The notes beneath the pieces are model-generated. The model was not told the origin of the DNA. It saw only the letters and a program-made list of their open reading frames with translations, and did not search any database. Below, piece after piece: positions 1 through 10,302 of a stretch of DNA of 16,374 bases. The position numbers and the translations under genes are program-made. This DNA comes from Paraspadella gotoi. Taxonomy: Eukaryota; Animalia; Chaetognatha. The DNA lies in the NCBI GenBank assembly GCA_051294375.1, contig CM119270.1, positions 6,627,279 to 6,643,652 of the forward strand, in the 5' to 3' direction. Position 1 is the stretch's first letter. The number at the start of each line of letters is the position of its first letter.

Positions 1-47
1 AGTTCATTTCTTGACAAAAGGCTTTTCGTAGACACTGCCCCGGACAA

Positions 48-366
48 GATCGCCTTTTCATCTCTGGGATCGCTCTTTCATCTGGCCAATATCGCATTTT
101 CACCTCCAAGATTTCCCTGTCATCGGTCCTAAATCGCTTTTTCATCTCCCCAATCGCCTTTTCATCCGGCCTAGATTGTCTTTTCAGCTGGACGACCATC
201 CTCACGCAGTTAAACTGTTTTAAAGATCTTTAATTTCTTGACTCTCCTTTATTTAACAAAAAAAATTCTCAAATTCTCAAATTCTCAAATTCCCATCGCA
301 TTCTCGTTGAGTCGATCGCTCTTTCTCGTGAGGATCGCTTCATCATTTACCCGATCGCCTTTTCAT
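48..366. repeat. Degenerate minisatellite, core ATCGCYTTTTCATC, alternating ~20/22-nt units (42-nt higher-order period)
   Basis: About seven units at 48-190 and three looser ones at 314-366. An (AAATTCTC)3 repeat lies between them at about 263-291. Confidence 0.75.
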
Positions 367-1181
367 TCAAACGTTCCCTAGATTTTTAATCGGAATTAAT
401 TTTTTTTTCTTCTCGGATTTCTTTTTTTTCCTTTTTCTTTTCTTTTTCCCTGCGAAGGGGATAAAGACATGAACGGAAATGTAGATGGCGATACGAAACA
501 GTATTGAAGATTAAAGAGGGAAAAAGAGAGGGAAATAGAGGATAAGGCTCTTACTAAGAGCAGCCTAAGCACGAGAATCGTTTCAATGTATATTGATTGT
601 TTCGTTGCGTCGCTCTTAATCCGCGCAAAATGAGGAAAGAACAAAGGAATTATCTTCGTCGGTTTTGTCGTCGTCGTCGTCGTCGTACTAACAGTCATTT
701 TTCTTTTTTTTTCCCTATTACAGATTATCCTTGAATTGTCGAAAAATCAGTGGTGATATCTTGATCATTTTTTTTCATGTTGTTATCATAAGAAGCACTT
801 ATGCCGAAAGGGATCATAGTGTACTCTTCCCTAAAAATGTATCCAATATCTTTGTCATTTCAATCGATATGAACCGACGTCGTTATTGTCATTGACGACT
901 CTTTTTTCACAATTTTCTCATTTTATAATTGCATAATCTATTTGTATCTTTAGTTGATGAAAGATCAATCACGATATTCCTGCTCATTGTTATCAAGTTG
1001 TGACCATTCTCTGCCATTTCATCACGATAGTGGTCGTCTCCGCAGTTCTTACACTCAAATAATTCTCCAAAAAATCTTTGTTACGTATTTCCCTCAATAT
1101 CGCGTAATTTTCCAGTTAAAAAAATAATAACGTGATCTCTGTGAACCATTTTGCCAGATTATCTTCATTTTTATTACCACA

Positions 1182-1506
1182 GTCGTCGTCTTCGTCATTG
1201 TCGTCTTTATCTTTTTTGTCGTCGTCGTCATCGTCATTGTTGGGGCGGCGTAGTCGTCTCCGTCTTCCATCGTTTTCATTGTCGTCGTCGTCTTCATTGT
1301 CGTCTCCATTATGGACGTCGTCTTCATCATCGTCGTCATCGTCTTTATCGTCGTCATTATCGTCGTCTCAATTGTCATCGTCATCTCCACTGAAGTCGTC
1401 TTCATTGTCGTCGTCGTCTTAATCGTCATCGTCGTCTTCATCGTCGTCCTCTTCGTCTCCATCGTCGTCGTCGTCTTCATCGTCGTCGTCGTCGTCGTCG
1501 TCGTCT
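1182..1506. repeat. Long degenerate (GTC/TCG)n trinucleotide repeat
   Basis: GTC runs interleaved with TTC/ATC/ATT; it explains the poly-S/T/V/R ORFs. A short pure tract also occurs at 667-686. Confidence 0.95.
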
Positions 1507-1878
1507 ACTTCGTCACAGGATCTTCGTCGATTAAGTCATTAGTCTCGTCAGGATGAAGTCGTCATAATCTTTCCTCTTTTCAACAGAGAATATCGACGTT
1601 AATGTTGGCGACACTAAACTCCTTTCCGATGGAATTTTTCAGTTCAAAAGCTAAAAAGTTGAAACGTCAAGTTGTTGGCTTCTCGATCAACCCAAACAAC
1701 TCCAGCAAGATTCTTTCGCCAAAAAGAGTAACTCCATCAATATATTTATAAAAAGGAACCTCTACAATGAGACGGGCATCGATAGCGGCATCGAACTCTG
1801 GACAGCAAAGACAGCAAGTCTCCCTCGTTGCTGATGGCTCCACAATTCAACTCTGCCCTCATTTTCTCGGTCTTCGTT

Positions 1879-1879
<1 letters not shown>

Positions 1880-1914
<35 letters not shown>
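1880..1914. repeat. (GTC)n microsatellite
   Basis: Pure run of about 11 units. Confidence 0.95.
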
Positions 1915-1915
<1 letters not shown>

Positions 1916-2015
1916 TATGGGATCCGAAAGACCTTGAAGCGAAGCGAAAACTGCCCCCTTTTGTTCCATCGTCTCTCCCCGTTTAGAGGCGCTGGGCGGA
2001 GAATGGGAATGGGGG

Positions 2016-2017
<2 letters not shown>

Positions 2018-2062
<45 letters not shown>
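2018..2062. repeat. (GA)n microsatellite
   Basis: Pure dinucleotide run. Confidence 0.97.
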
Positions 2063-2064
<2 letters not shown>

Positions 2065-2532
2065 GGTCCGAAGTGAATGCGAATGAGGAAAATCTACGGA
2101 GGTGCCGACAGCATTTAGAAACGACGTAGGAGGGCGAGACAAAAATCCGGAGGAGGATTTGGCGGGAAACCCGGGTCACCTTTAGATTTGGGAGCTAAAT
2201 CTGTAGGGGGGGAAAGTCGAGTTGGAATCGTGGGTGGGTCACTCACATGGTAGATCGGATTGTTGGGGTAAAAACATACGGAAGACTTGGAATGATTAGT
2301 TGATTTAAAGAGTAAAGCGGTTGAAGCTTTTTAAAGAGCTCTTTCTTCAGCTTTAAAATTAAAGAGATATATTTTTAAAAGGGAGTTTCTGTTTAGACTT
2401 TATTTTTTATAACTAAATTAGTATAAATTCTTTTTTTAGAATAAATAATTTAGATTTTGACTTTCGAATCGTTTTTAATCGATTATGGAGCCAAAAAAAA
2501 GCTCCTTGATTGTTTGGGATGCGGAGAGATAG

Positions 2533-2662
<130 letters not shown>

Positions 2663-3635
2663 TGAAGAGGCCTTCATCTCCCAAAATGGTTTACGCAAAT
2701 TTTAAATGCTTTTTTTTTCTTTCGACCCAAAAAACGATTAGAACGAAATTAAAGAGAAGTCATGCCAACGCTTCTTTCAAGCCAAAAACTAAAAAAGGTT
2801 CTTTGAAAAGGTTTTTTCAGTTTTTCGCGGAGAAAAATCTCTACTGTAGCTCTTAGCCGTAAAGTCGTTTTGTTACTTTGTGAAAATTGATTGAGAACCG
2901 GAAAAGGTGAAAGGTTAAAATCAGGGCAAACCGACAATTTTTCTTATTTAACACGAAACAAAGTATGCTCCAAACATTTCGAAAGACTGACCGACGGACA
3001 GACATACTCACTGACAGACCGACCGAGAAAAACGGCTCGAGAACGAAAACCGTTTTACTGAGTCGTGAATGAAAATAATGACGAGAAACGTTTTCTCCCT
3101 TTTTTTCAGCCGATCGGGTTCGACTCTTGTTTTTCATCAGTTTTTTCTCCTTTTCTCACATTCGCTCAACCTAGTTTTGAATTTTCTTTTGTTTTGGTTG
3201 ATTTTTAGGTAGAATTCTTTTTTTATTATTTATTTATTTATTATTTTCTTCTTTTTTTTCTATTTTCTTTCTAATTTATAATTAGATCTCTGTAAGATTA
3301 GAAGCCGACCTATTCCAGCCACATGTCAACAAATAATATTTCATGTTTTACTGATGTCGCTTGCTACAATTTACACTTGAGAGTTAATTCTTTATTCTGT
3401 TTGCATAGCTGTGTCCAATTTTTCAAGCAATAGTCACAAAATATTCCCCTTGTCATTTGTATTTATCACTGATTTTTGTGACATTTTATTACCCAATCTT
3501 CTTCTGTCATTTCCACCTCTTTCCCCGCGGTGATCCTCTTCCTCTTCCACGTCTCACTAAACGAAAAAAATGACGAAAAATATCGAAACTCGTTTTTTTT
3601 CGACTTCTCTTCTTTTTTCTTTTATTTTCCTAATG

Positions 3636-3636
<1 letters not shown>

Positions 3637-3698
<62 letters not shown>

Positions 3699-3710
3699 CT
3701 CTTTCTTTCC
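3637..3710. repeat. (CTTT)n microsatellite in a polypyrimidine tract
   Basis: Tetranucleotide run followed by C/T-rich sequence to about 3790. Confidence 0.95.
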
Positions 3711-5094
3711 TTCATCTTTCCTTTTTTCCCCCTTTTTCTTCTTTCTTTTTTATCCATTTCTCCTCTTTTCCTCTTCGTCTCTTTTTCCCCCGTTTTTTGC
3801 GACGTCCGTATTTGTCAGCTGCTCGTCTAACCGTAATCGCGAGGGGAGAGCGAAAATTATGACGTTCCCCCGTCAGCCGTAACTCTGTCTGCAACGGCGC
3901 GAGTGTCAACTCCGCCGCTGTGTCACGCCCTCCGACGATGTGCGAAACCATCGCTATAGTGACGAGATGTTTTACAAAAGGGCATCCCGGGATGGGTGAG
4001 GCCTTTGAATTGTGTTTTTTTTTCTTGTCTGTTAAAAAAAATACTACCCCTTTTCACATTAGTTCACGTGTTTTGAAAAATATGAATTAACGATTACACA
4101 TCATTCCGTTAATCGTTTCAAAATATAATTTTTATTCTTTAAATCAGTGATATAAGTTTTTGTATAAAAAAGTATAAAACTGTAATTGTTGTCATTTATA
4201 AAATTTTTCCGAAGGACCGAAATAAAGACTCAGCGCTCAAGTTTTCTCACTTTACGTCTGGGAATCTAATTTAGGGTGTTTAACTTCAAAACTTTCGGCT
4301 AACTTATACGAATTCAACCTAACTTTGTCCACTTACAAGTGCTTTACGTGGTAGTATCTCATTTGAAGTTTCGTTGGCCAGGGGGCGTCAATAGCAACGG
4401 CGGACGCGGAGTTGTTAAACACTTTGGAATGGGACTTTTTTTAAAATCAAAGCCATTCAGCCGGACTCTCTTTCCCTATTACCTTTCCTTTCTTTTCTTT
4501 TCTTTTTTTCCTATTTCAACCCATTTCCCGACTTCCGGTTCCAATTTCCCCTAAAAAAATTTCTAAAGAGAGAAAAAATCATTTACCCTGTTTTGTAAAA
4601 GGCAGCTTTTCCTTTTTTTCTTTTGTTTTTTTGTTTTTTTTATGAGTCTCCGGTCCCAATTTTATGTTTTTCCCTCCGTACGGTTTCTGGTCTCAGGTTT
4701 TTAAAGTTTTCCTCCGGCTAATTTGTTGTCTACAGGGTTGTGCCTTTGAAAAAGTTTCTAACGAGATTTACAGCGGAGACTCTCGTCTGGTTTTAAACAT
4801 TTTCTGGTCTCATTAATTTTCTGTTTTTCTTTTACAAAGTTAACTTTCTTTTGTTTTGCTTTTTATACGTACAATTGGTACAAATATTTGTTTAAGTTCA
4901 ATTTTATATCCGTCTTCCTTGTTTCTTTATTGAAACAATTTCTCGTTTATTTTCCTTTTAATTTCATCTTCCTTTTTTTTCTTTCTTTTTTTCCCACGAT
5001 TTTCCCGACGGAGCCTCACCAACATTTGTGACTTCCATCGGCTTAAGAAGGAACCCAACCTCGCGACCTCGCCTCACTTTTCTCTTCTTCCTAA

Positions 5095-5213
<119 letters not shown>

Positions 5214-5686
5214 ACTTTCCCTCCCTTACTTTTTTTTCTCTCTTAGTACGTCTCTCTCTTCTTTCATGTTTTAAATACCTTAATCACAGAGGACATGTCA
5301 AAGTCGATTGAGCTCTTGACTTTTTTTGACGTTTTTTCCTTCATTCGACTCATCTTTTATCAACTAATTTCTCTCCCTCTTCACTCTCATCTTTCTCTTA
5401 TCTTCTCTCTCACTCTCCCGCTCGTCTCTTCTCCTCTCTTTCTCTTCTCTTCTCTCTCACTGCTCACCTGCTATTCTCTATTCTCTCTCGTAGCTACGAT
5501 CTAACCTCATTATAAATGAGCATTCTACTCAATTTCATCCCTCGTTTTTTTTTCACTCACCATCTTCCTACTTATTTCGTTTTTCGCCTTTGTTTATCTG
5601 GTTCTCTTGTTGTACCCCTTTCTATCTCACTTTCTCCTGACTGGTATTCCGTAACTTTCCGTTGTTTCCGTAGTTTATACAGTCTA

Positions 5687-5865
5687 CCCGTTCTCCATCA
5701 CGTTATCCTTACTTGACTCCCACTCACACTCAATTTCTTTTTTTCCAGTCATCCTATTCTCCATAGCTCTATCATTCCCGTTCTCCATCTCGTTTACCTA
5801 CCGTTCTTCCCGTTCTCTATCACTATTTCCTTTTCGTTCTTCCCGTTCTTCCCGTTCTCCATCTT
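5687..5865. repeat. Degenerate CCGTTCT(T/C)C(CATC) short-unit repeat
   Basis: ccgttctccatc near 5688, 5778 and 5852; 9-nt cgttcttcc units at about 5802 and 5835-5852. Confidence 0.65.
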
Positions 5866-6004
5866 TTCCCACATTTCCTCTTTCATTTCATCTTGTGATC
5901 TCACAGCCGAGTTTTTATCCTCAATCTACTTCAGCAGCTGCTTCGGAATTTTATGACTCTCTTTTTTTCATTACTTTTTCTACTTCTCTTTTTTCTCTTA
6001 ACCT

Positions 6005-6156
<152 letters not shown>

Positions 6157-6316
6157 CTTTAAAATCCTCACCTAGTTTTATATGCGCATCGCTGTCGTCA
6201 GGAATGAAAATCTCGTTGGAAACTCGGAGCGTCTACGATTTATTTTTCTTCACTTATTTTTATAGATACAAAACCATTTTTTACTTTTTTCTTTCTCTTT
6301 CTCTTGTTTTTTCTCT

Positions 6317-6405
6317 TTATTTATTTATTTATTTATTTATTTATTTNNNNNNNNNNNNNNNNNNNNNNNNNAAAAAAGAGAGAGATTTTCTCTTTTTATT
6401 TATTT

Positions 6406-6477
<72 letters not shown>

Positions 6478-6499
6478 TGTATTTATTTATTTTTTATTT

Positions 6500-6533
<34 letters not shown>

Positions 6534-6560
6534 TTTATTTATTTTTTATTTATTTATTTT
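6317..6560. repeat. (TTTA)n microsatellite spanning a 25-N gap (6347-6371)
   Basis: TTTA runs on both sides of the gap. Confidence 0.95.
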
Positions 6561-7494
6561 ATTTCTTTATTTTTTGTTCTTACTTTCTTTCTTTCTTTTC
6601 TTCTTCTTTCTTCTCTTCTCTTTCTTTTTCTTTCTTTTCTTCTTCTTTCTTTCTTCTTCTTTCTTTTTCTTTTCGCTTTCTTTTCTTTTAATGAACTCTT
6701 TTCTTTTTATGAAATTGGTACAACCAAAATAAAAATTATCCATTGATTCAATAAATAAGCTATCTTGCCCCTGACTTTGGACAGGCTTTGGTGGTTTAAG
6801 GCCTCCATCACTCTTACAAGATAAATAATAATATAATTATTTTTACATTATCTTTTCTCTCTTCCCTCCAAGACTTTTTCTTTGCATGCTTCTCATCTTC
6901 TTTCGTCCCGCATCTTCGACTGTATTGACATTTACTTTCCTCGTTTATCTTTTTTTCCTTTTTCCTCCATTTTTTTCAATAAATATTTCCTCTCCTCTTC
7001 CTTTCTTTTTTTTCGCGCATAATTTTTTTTTCCTCACCTCGTATTTTCCAACTCGACGAAGCGCGACCTGTTTTTGATTTTTAAATGCATCTTTATCATA
7101 CATAATAATTTTTTTTGTAGTTCCGTTAATAGAACTATATTCTCTCTCTCTCTCTCTCTCTCTNNNNNNNNNNNNNNNNNNNNNNNNNNNNNNNNNNNNN
7201 NNNNNNNNNNNNNNNNNNNNNNNNNNNNNNNNNNNNNNNNNNNNNNNNNNNNNNNNNNNNNNNNNNNNNNNNNNNNNNNNNNNNNNNNNNNNNNNNNNNN
7301 NNNNNNNNNNNNNCTTTTCTTCCGAGAAATGGCCACGAATGAGCGTTGTAAATGTCATTTGCATATTGACTCAAAGAGCGAGAAGCCTCGTTTTGAGGTA
7401 AAGCTAGATTCGTTGATGGATCCGATCAGGAGAAGAGTGGACGAGTACCTGAATGCGGGATTGTATTATGGAATGAGTGAATGTAAAAACTAGC

Positions 7495-7970
7495 CAACCA
7501 AATAAACCAATCTAACCAACCAAACCAAACAAATCATTTAACCAATCAGACCTACTTCGTCAACCGAGCCAATCGAGTCTAACAAACCCGACAAAATATT
7601 AATATTAATGTAAATTTGCAAAATTACTTGTTTCACTATTTTCTATTTTTATGTTTTATAAAGGTTTTATTAAGTTTTACTATTTAATATATATTATTTA
7701 GTTATATATTTATTGCTTTTTTTAAAATTTTTACTCATCATCATCATCATCATCATCAACATCATCATCATCAGTGTTGTCTTCTTGAAATATTATTAAT
7801 TATCATTAATGTCATATTGATATCAATCACCAGATATCAATCATCAGAACAAACAAATCATTCAACCAATCAAGCCTGTCGAGCCAACCGAGCGTACTCA
7901 ACCAAAACAAACAAACAAAAACGCCATTCAACCAATCAAACAAATCAAGCCAACCAATCGCATCAAACTA
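7495..7970. repeat. Degenerate AACC/AATC/AAAC repeat in two blocks (7495-7590 and 7848-7970) flanking an AT-rich insert
   Basis: aaacaaatcatttaaccaatca (7527-7548) recurs as aaacaaatcattcaaccaatca (7851-7872); cgagccaa(t/c)cgag occurs in both blocks. Confidence 0.7.
7612..7792 (+). repeat. Diverged copy of an AT-rich interspersed repeat also at 10624-10792 and about 12388-12557; contains (CAT)n at 7736-7773
   Basis: Shares aaattacttgtttcactattttctatttttat, tattgcttt and tcagtgttgtcttct(t/g)gaaata, in the same order, with the downstream copies. Confidence 0.85.
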
Positions 7971-7982
7971 AAAGAGATAAAA

Positions 7983-8037
7983 TCCCCCTCACCACTCATC
8001 CACCCTCTTCTCCCCCACCCTCTTCTCCCCCCCACAG
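7983..8037 (+). promoter_or_regulatory. 3' splice site (polypyrimidine tract + CAG) of a phase-1 intron
   Basis: About 50 nt C/T-rich tract with no other AG, ending CACAG directly before the coding exon. Confidence 0.75.
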
Positions 8038-8204
8038 GTTACCTCCCTCTCCCCGAAGTGTCTCGTCTCGTCCGCTCCTACAATCTCGTCTACGGACTAA
8101 ACCTGACCGACGGATGCATCGACGCCGTCGTCGCTCAGTGCTCCAACGGCGTCCACGTCGACATCGAACCCTTTCTCAGAATGTTGGCGCTGCAGGGGCC
8201 TTGA
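8038..8204 (+). CDS. C1orf87: Terminal coding exon of a C1orf87-like (EF-hand-like) protein; upstream exons not identified in the window
   Basis: Seen: pyrimidine tract (about 7983-8035, caccctcttctcccc twice) ending cccacag|G at 8037/8038. A GC-rich, non-repetitive frame follows, with codons from 8040: (xGT)YLPLPEVSRLVRSYNLVYGLNLTDGCIDAVVAQCSNGVHVDIEPFLRMLALQGP, then TGA at 8202-8204. Third positions are strongly C/G-biased against AT-rich flanks. From memory, not searched: the human C1orf87 C-terminus reads about RRLIHNYNLIYNLSLS..KIDQAL..F.SG....LEPALRYL, colinear with SRLVRSYNLVYGLNLT..CIDAVV..C.NG....IEPFLRML. The ORF track does not report this frame. Confidence 0.75.
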
Positions 8205-9286
8205 GCGGGCAGGGGTGTTGGGAGTGGAGATGAGGAGGCGGCGGGGGTGTTGGGGAAAATGTGTTGGGAGGAGGAGGAGGAAGAGGAGGGGAGGAATGAG
8301 GAATGCCGTTTTCTTCGTTTGTCACCGAAAGAGGGGTTTATTCCCAGGCTGTTTTTTTTTTGTTTTTTGTTTTGTTTTTTTGGTCGACTTTGTAATGGCC
8401 TTTTTGAAGGAGGCGAAGAGTTGTAGTTGTTGGTGCAGTTTTTATTATTTTTTTTTCCCATTTTGATGTCGTCGTCCACAGCAGAATTCATACATTTAGA
8501 AAGTATTTAAAGTAAAAAAAAATATAAATAAGAATTAAAGGCAAACTGAGATTGAAAAAATTAAAGTTAGTAAAAATATATATAAGGTAAGGAAAAAGAA
8601 ATAATGTACGTACTTTTTGATAAGTTTAATCACAATAGTTACTAAATATCACGAACTAGAACTTAACGGTAATGCCCGAGAAAAGATATCGACGCTAAAG
8701 ATATATCATTAACCTGAAAGGATAAGAAAAAAAAAAAGTTTCGGCGAAACTCTTGAGCGTTACGAGTATTATCGCTCCCGGAGGAGGAGGCCCGAGAGGA
8801 AAGAGAACAAAGGAAAGACTATAAACGTCGATGAAACGAAGAGCGAGAGGAGGGAAAGAAAGGAGAGAGCAAAGGGCAGAAAATATGGGGAAAAAAAGGA
8901 AAAGGAGAGAATAGAAAAGGAAAAGAAAGGAAAAGGAGGAGAGAGGGAGGAGGGGGGAAGAAAGGCCAAGAGGATATGATTACTTCAATAATCATTGTTT
9001 TCATGACGAAGTTAGACTCGGATAAATCAGCGCGATGGGAGAATGAGGAGAAAGTTCAGGAGGAGTAAGAAGAGGAGGAGGAGGAGGAAGAAGAGGAGAA
9101 TCGTTGAGGACATTGTCGCCGATCGTCCAGTCATTGTTTTGATGCCAAAAAGATGTTGTGCATTGGAAGTTTTTTTTTCTTTGCCGATGAGAATGACATT
9201 ATCGTGCCACTCCTGAACGAAAATTCAGATGATTACTGGTAAGAATTAAAGAGCGCATTGATAAAATTAGGATTTACGGGTGCAAT

Positions 9287-9442
9287 GCATTCGATTTTTA
9301 ATAATAAAATTCGGGACAGTTTGAGTTTGAGTTTTTACAACGATTTTTTTTTAATGTAAAACAGACCTGTTTCGGCTTCGTTTCAAGCATTCATCAGCGT
9401 ATCACAATAATAAAACTCAAATAAAATGGTGAAATCAAATGC
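9287..9442 (-). mobile_element. Fold-back remnant carrying the hammerhead; possible Penelope-like pseudo-LTR or retrozyme-like relic
   Basis: Nested inverted blocks 9287-9297/9432-9442 and 9326-9335/9412-9421 flank helix I. The element assignment is inferred from the known link between minimal hammerheads and Penelope-like elements. No RT or GIY-YIG coding sequence is visible. Confidence 0.4.
9351..9410 (-). ncRNA. Minimal type I hammerhead ribozyme motif (Penelope-like element type), probably partly degenerate
   Basis: Minus strand reads UUAUUGUGAUACG-CUGAUGA-A-UGCUU-GAAACG-AAGCC-GAAA-CAGG-UC^UGUUUUACAUUAA. Core boxes: CUGAUGA (9397-9391), GAAA (9373-9370), GUC cleavage triplet (9366-9364). 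Helix II is GCUU/AAGC with a 6-nt loop. Helix I pairs 11 of 13 positions including two G-U wobbles. Helix III is reduced to one A-U pair plus a 4-nt loop. Confidence 0.8.
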
Positions 9443-9740
9443 GCATTCATAAAATAAAAGACTAATCGTGAATAAAATTTGGTTCCATGGATCAAATAAA
9501 AACTTTATGCCCTTTTCCCGCCTTTCCCTGTTTCCTGTTTCCAGATTAACTCGTTTCCGATATTAATTAAAACATGAATTAAAAGATTAAAACTTTTTTT
9601 CAGAATAATTAAAACCCGATGTAATTGCGCCGTGGCTCGTTTGTCTGGCGATAGCTTTTTCTCGTTAAAGGAGAGAGAGAAAAAAAAATGAAATAAAAAG
9701 GAAGATGAAAAATTAAAAATGACTGAAAGTACAGATGAAT

Positions 9741-9774
9741 AAAAATGAAATAAAAATGAAATAAAAATGAAATA
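9741..9774. repeat. (AAAAATGAAAT)3 tandem repeat
   Basis: Three exact 11-nt units. Confidence 0.85.
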
Positions 9775-10302
9775 CCCCGTTAACGATCGCGATTAATCGT
9801 CGAATGATTTATTCACCGTAAATTCGCTTCATCGTTTGAAAAATAATGAATGTTCATGACTGTAATAATCATTAACAGAATCTCTCTCTCTCTCTCTTTC
9901 TCTCNNNNNNNNNNNNNNNNNNNNNNNNNNNNNNNNNNNNNNNNNNNNNNNNNNNNNNNNNNNNNNNNNNNNNNNNNNNNNNNNNNNNNNNNNNNNNNNN
10001 NNNNNNNNNNNNNNNNNNNNNNNNNNNNNNNNNNNNNNNNNNNNNNNNNNNNNNNNNNNNNNNNNNNNNNNNNNNNNNNNNNNNNNNNNNNNNNNNNNNN
10101 NNNNNNNNNNNNNNNNNNNNNNNNNNNNNNNNNNNNNNNNNNNNNNNNNNNNNNNNNNNNNNNNNNNNNATCGTCATTGTAAAAAAATAAAATATATATT
10201 ATTACTTTCGGTCTTCTTTTATTTTGAATACAAAAAATCCAAAAAAAAGAGGAAGTGTAGACAAGAGAACAACTCTTCTCTTTTCCCGTCACATTTCCGA
10301 GA

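Noticed and set aside
1094-1556. Overlapping ORFs (poly-Thr, Ser, Val, Arg) and a possible acidic Asp-rich antisense frame
   Set aside because: All derive from the GTC repeat; the minus-strand Asp frame contains TGA and TAA stops.
3117-3126. GGTTCGACTC, a Pol III B-box-like motif
   Set aside because: No A-box or cloverleaf, and a T-run lies just upstream; not a tRNA or SINE head.
7038-7067. 30-nt minus-strand micro-exon candidate (CAG|...GAG|GTGAGG)
   Set aside because: The acceptor is preceded by an A-rich tract rather than pyrimidines, and there are no supporting neighbouring exons.
7314-7493. Unique-sequence ORF tail with donor-like GAG|GTAAAG at 7397, considered as the penultimate exon
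   Set aside because: Phase-1 joining would put TGA (7394-7396) in frame, and the peptide is not recognisable.
7818-7847. Second hammerhead candidate: minus-strand CUGAUGA followed by a UUGAUAUC/GAUAUCAA hairpin
   Set aside because: No GAAA box or helix I/III follows. Other CUGANGA hits (2662 on +; near 3140, 2350, 1551, 6201 and 15337 on -) also lack the full core, so I see no dimer partner in the window.
7817-8233. 138-aa ORF over the exon
   Set aside because: Wrong frame: it is low-complexity, whereas the frame starting at 8040 gives the family-like peptide.
8534-8565. ATTAAA hexamers as poly(A) signals for the exon
   Set aside because: Expected by chance in such AT-rich sequence; cannot be assigned without 3'-end data.
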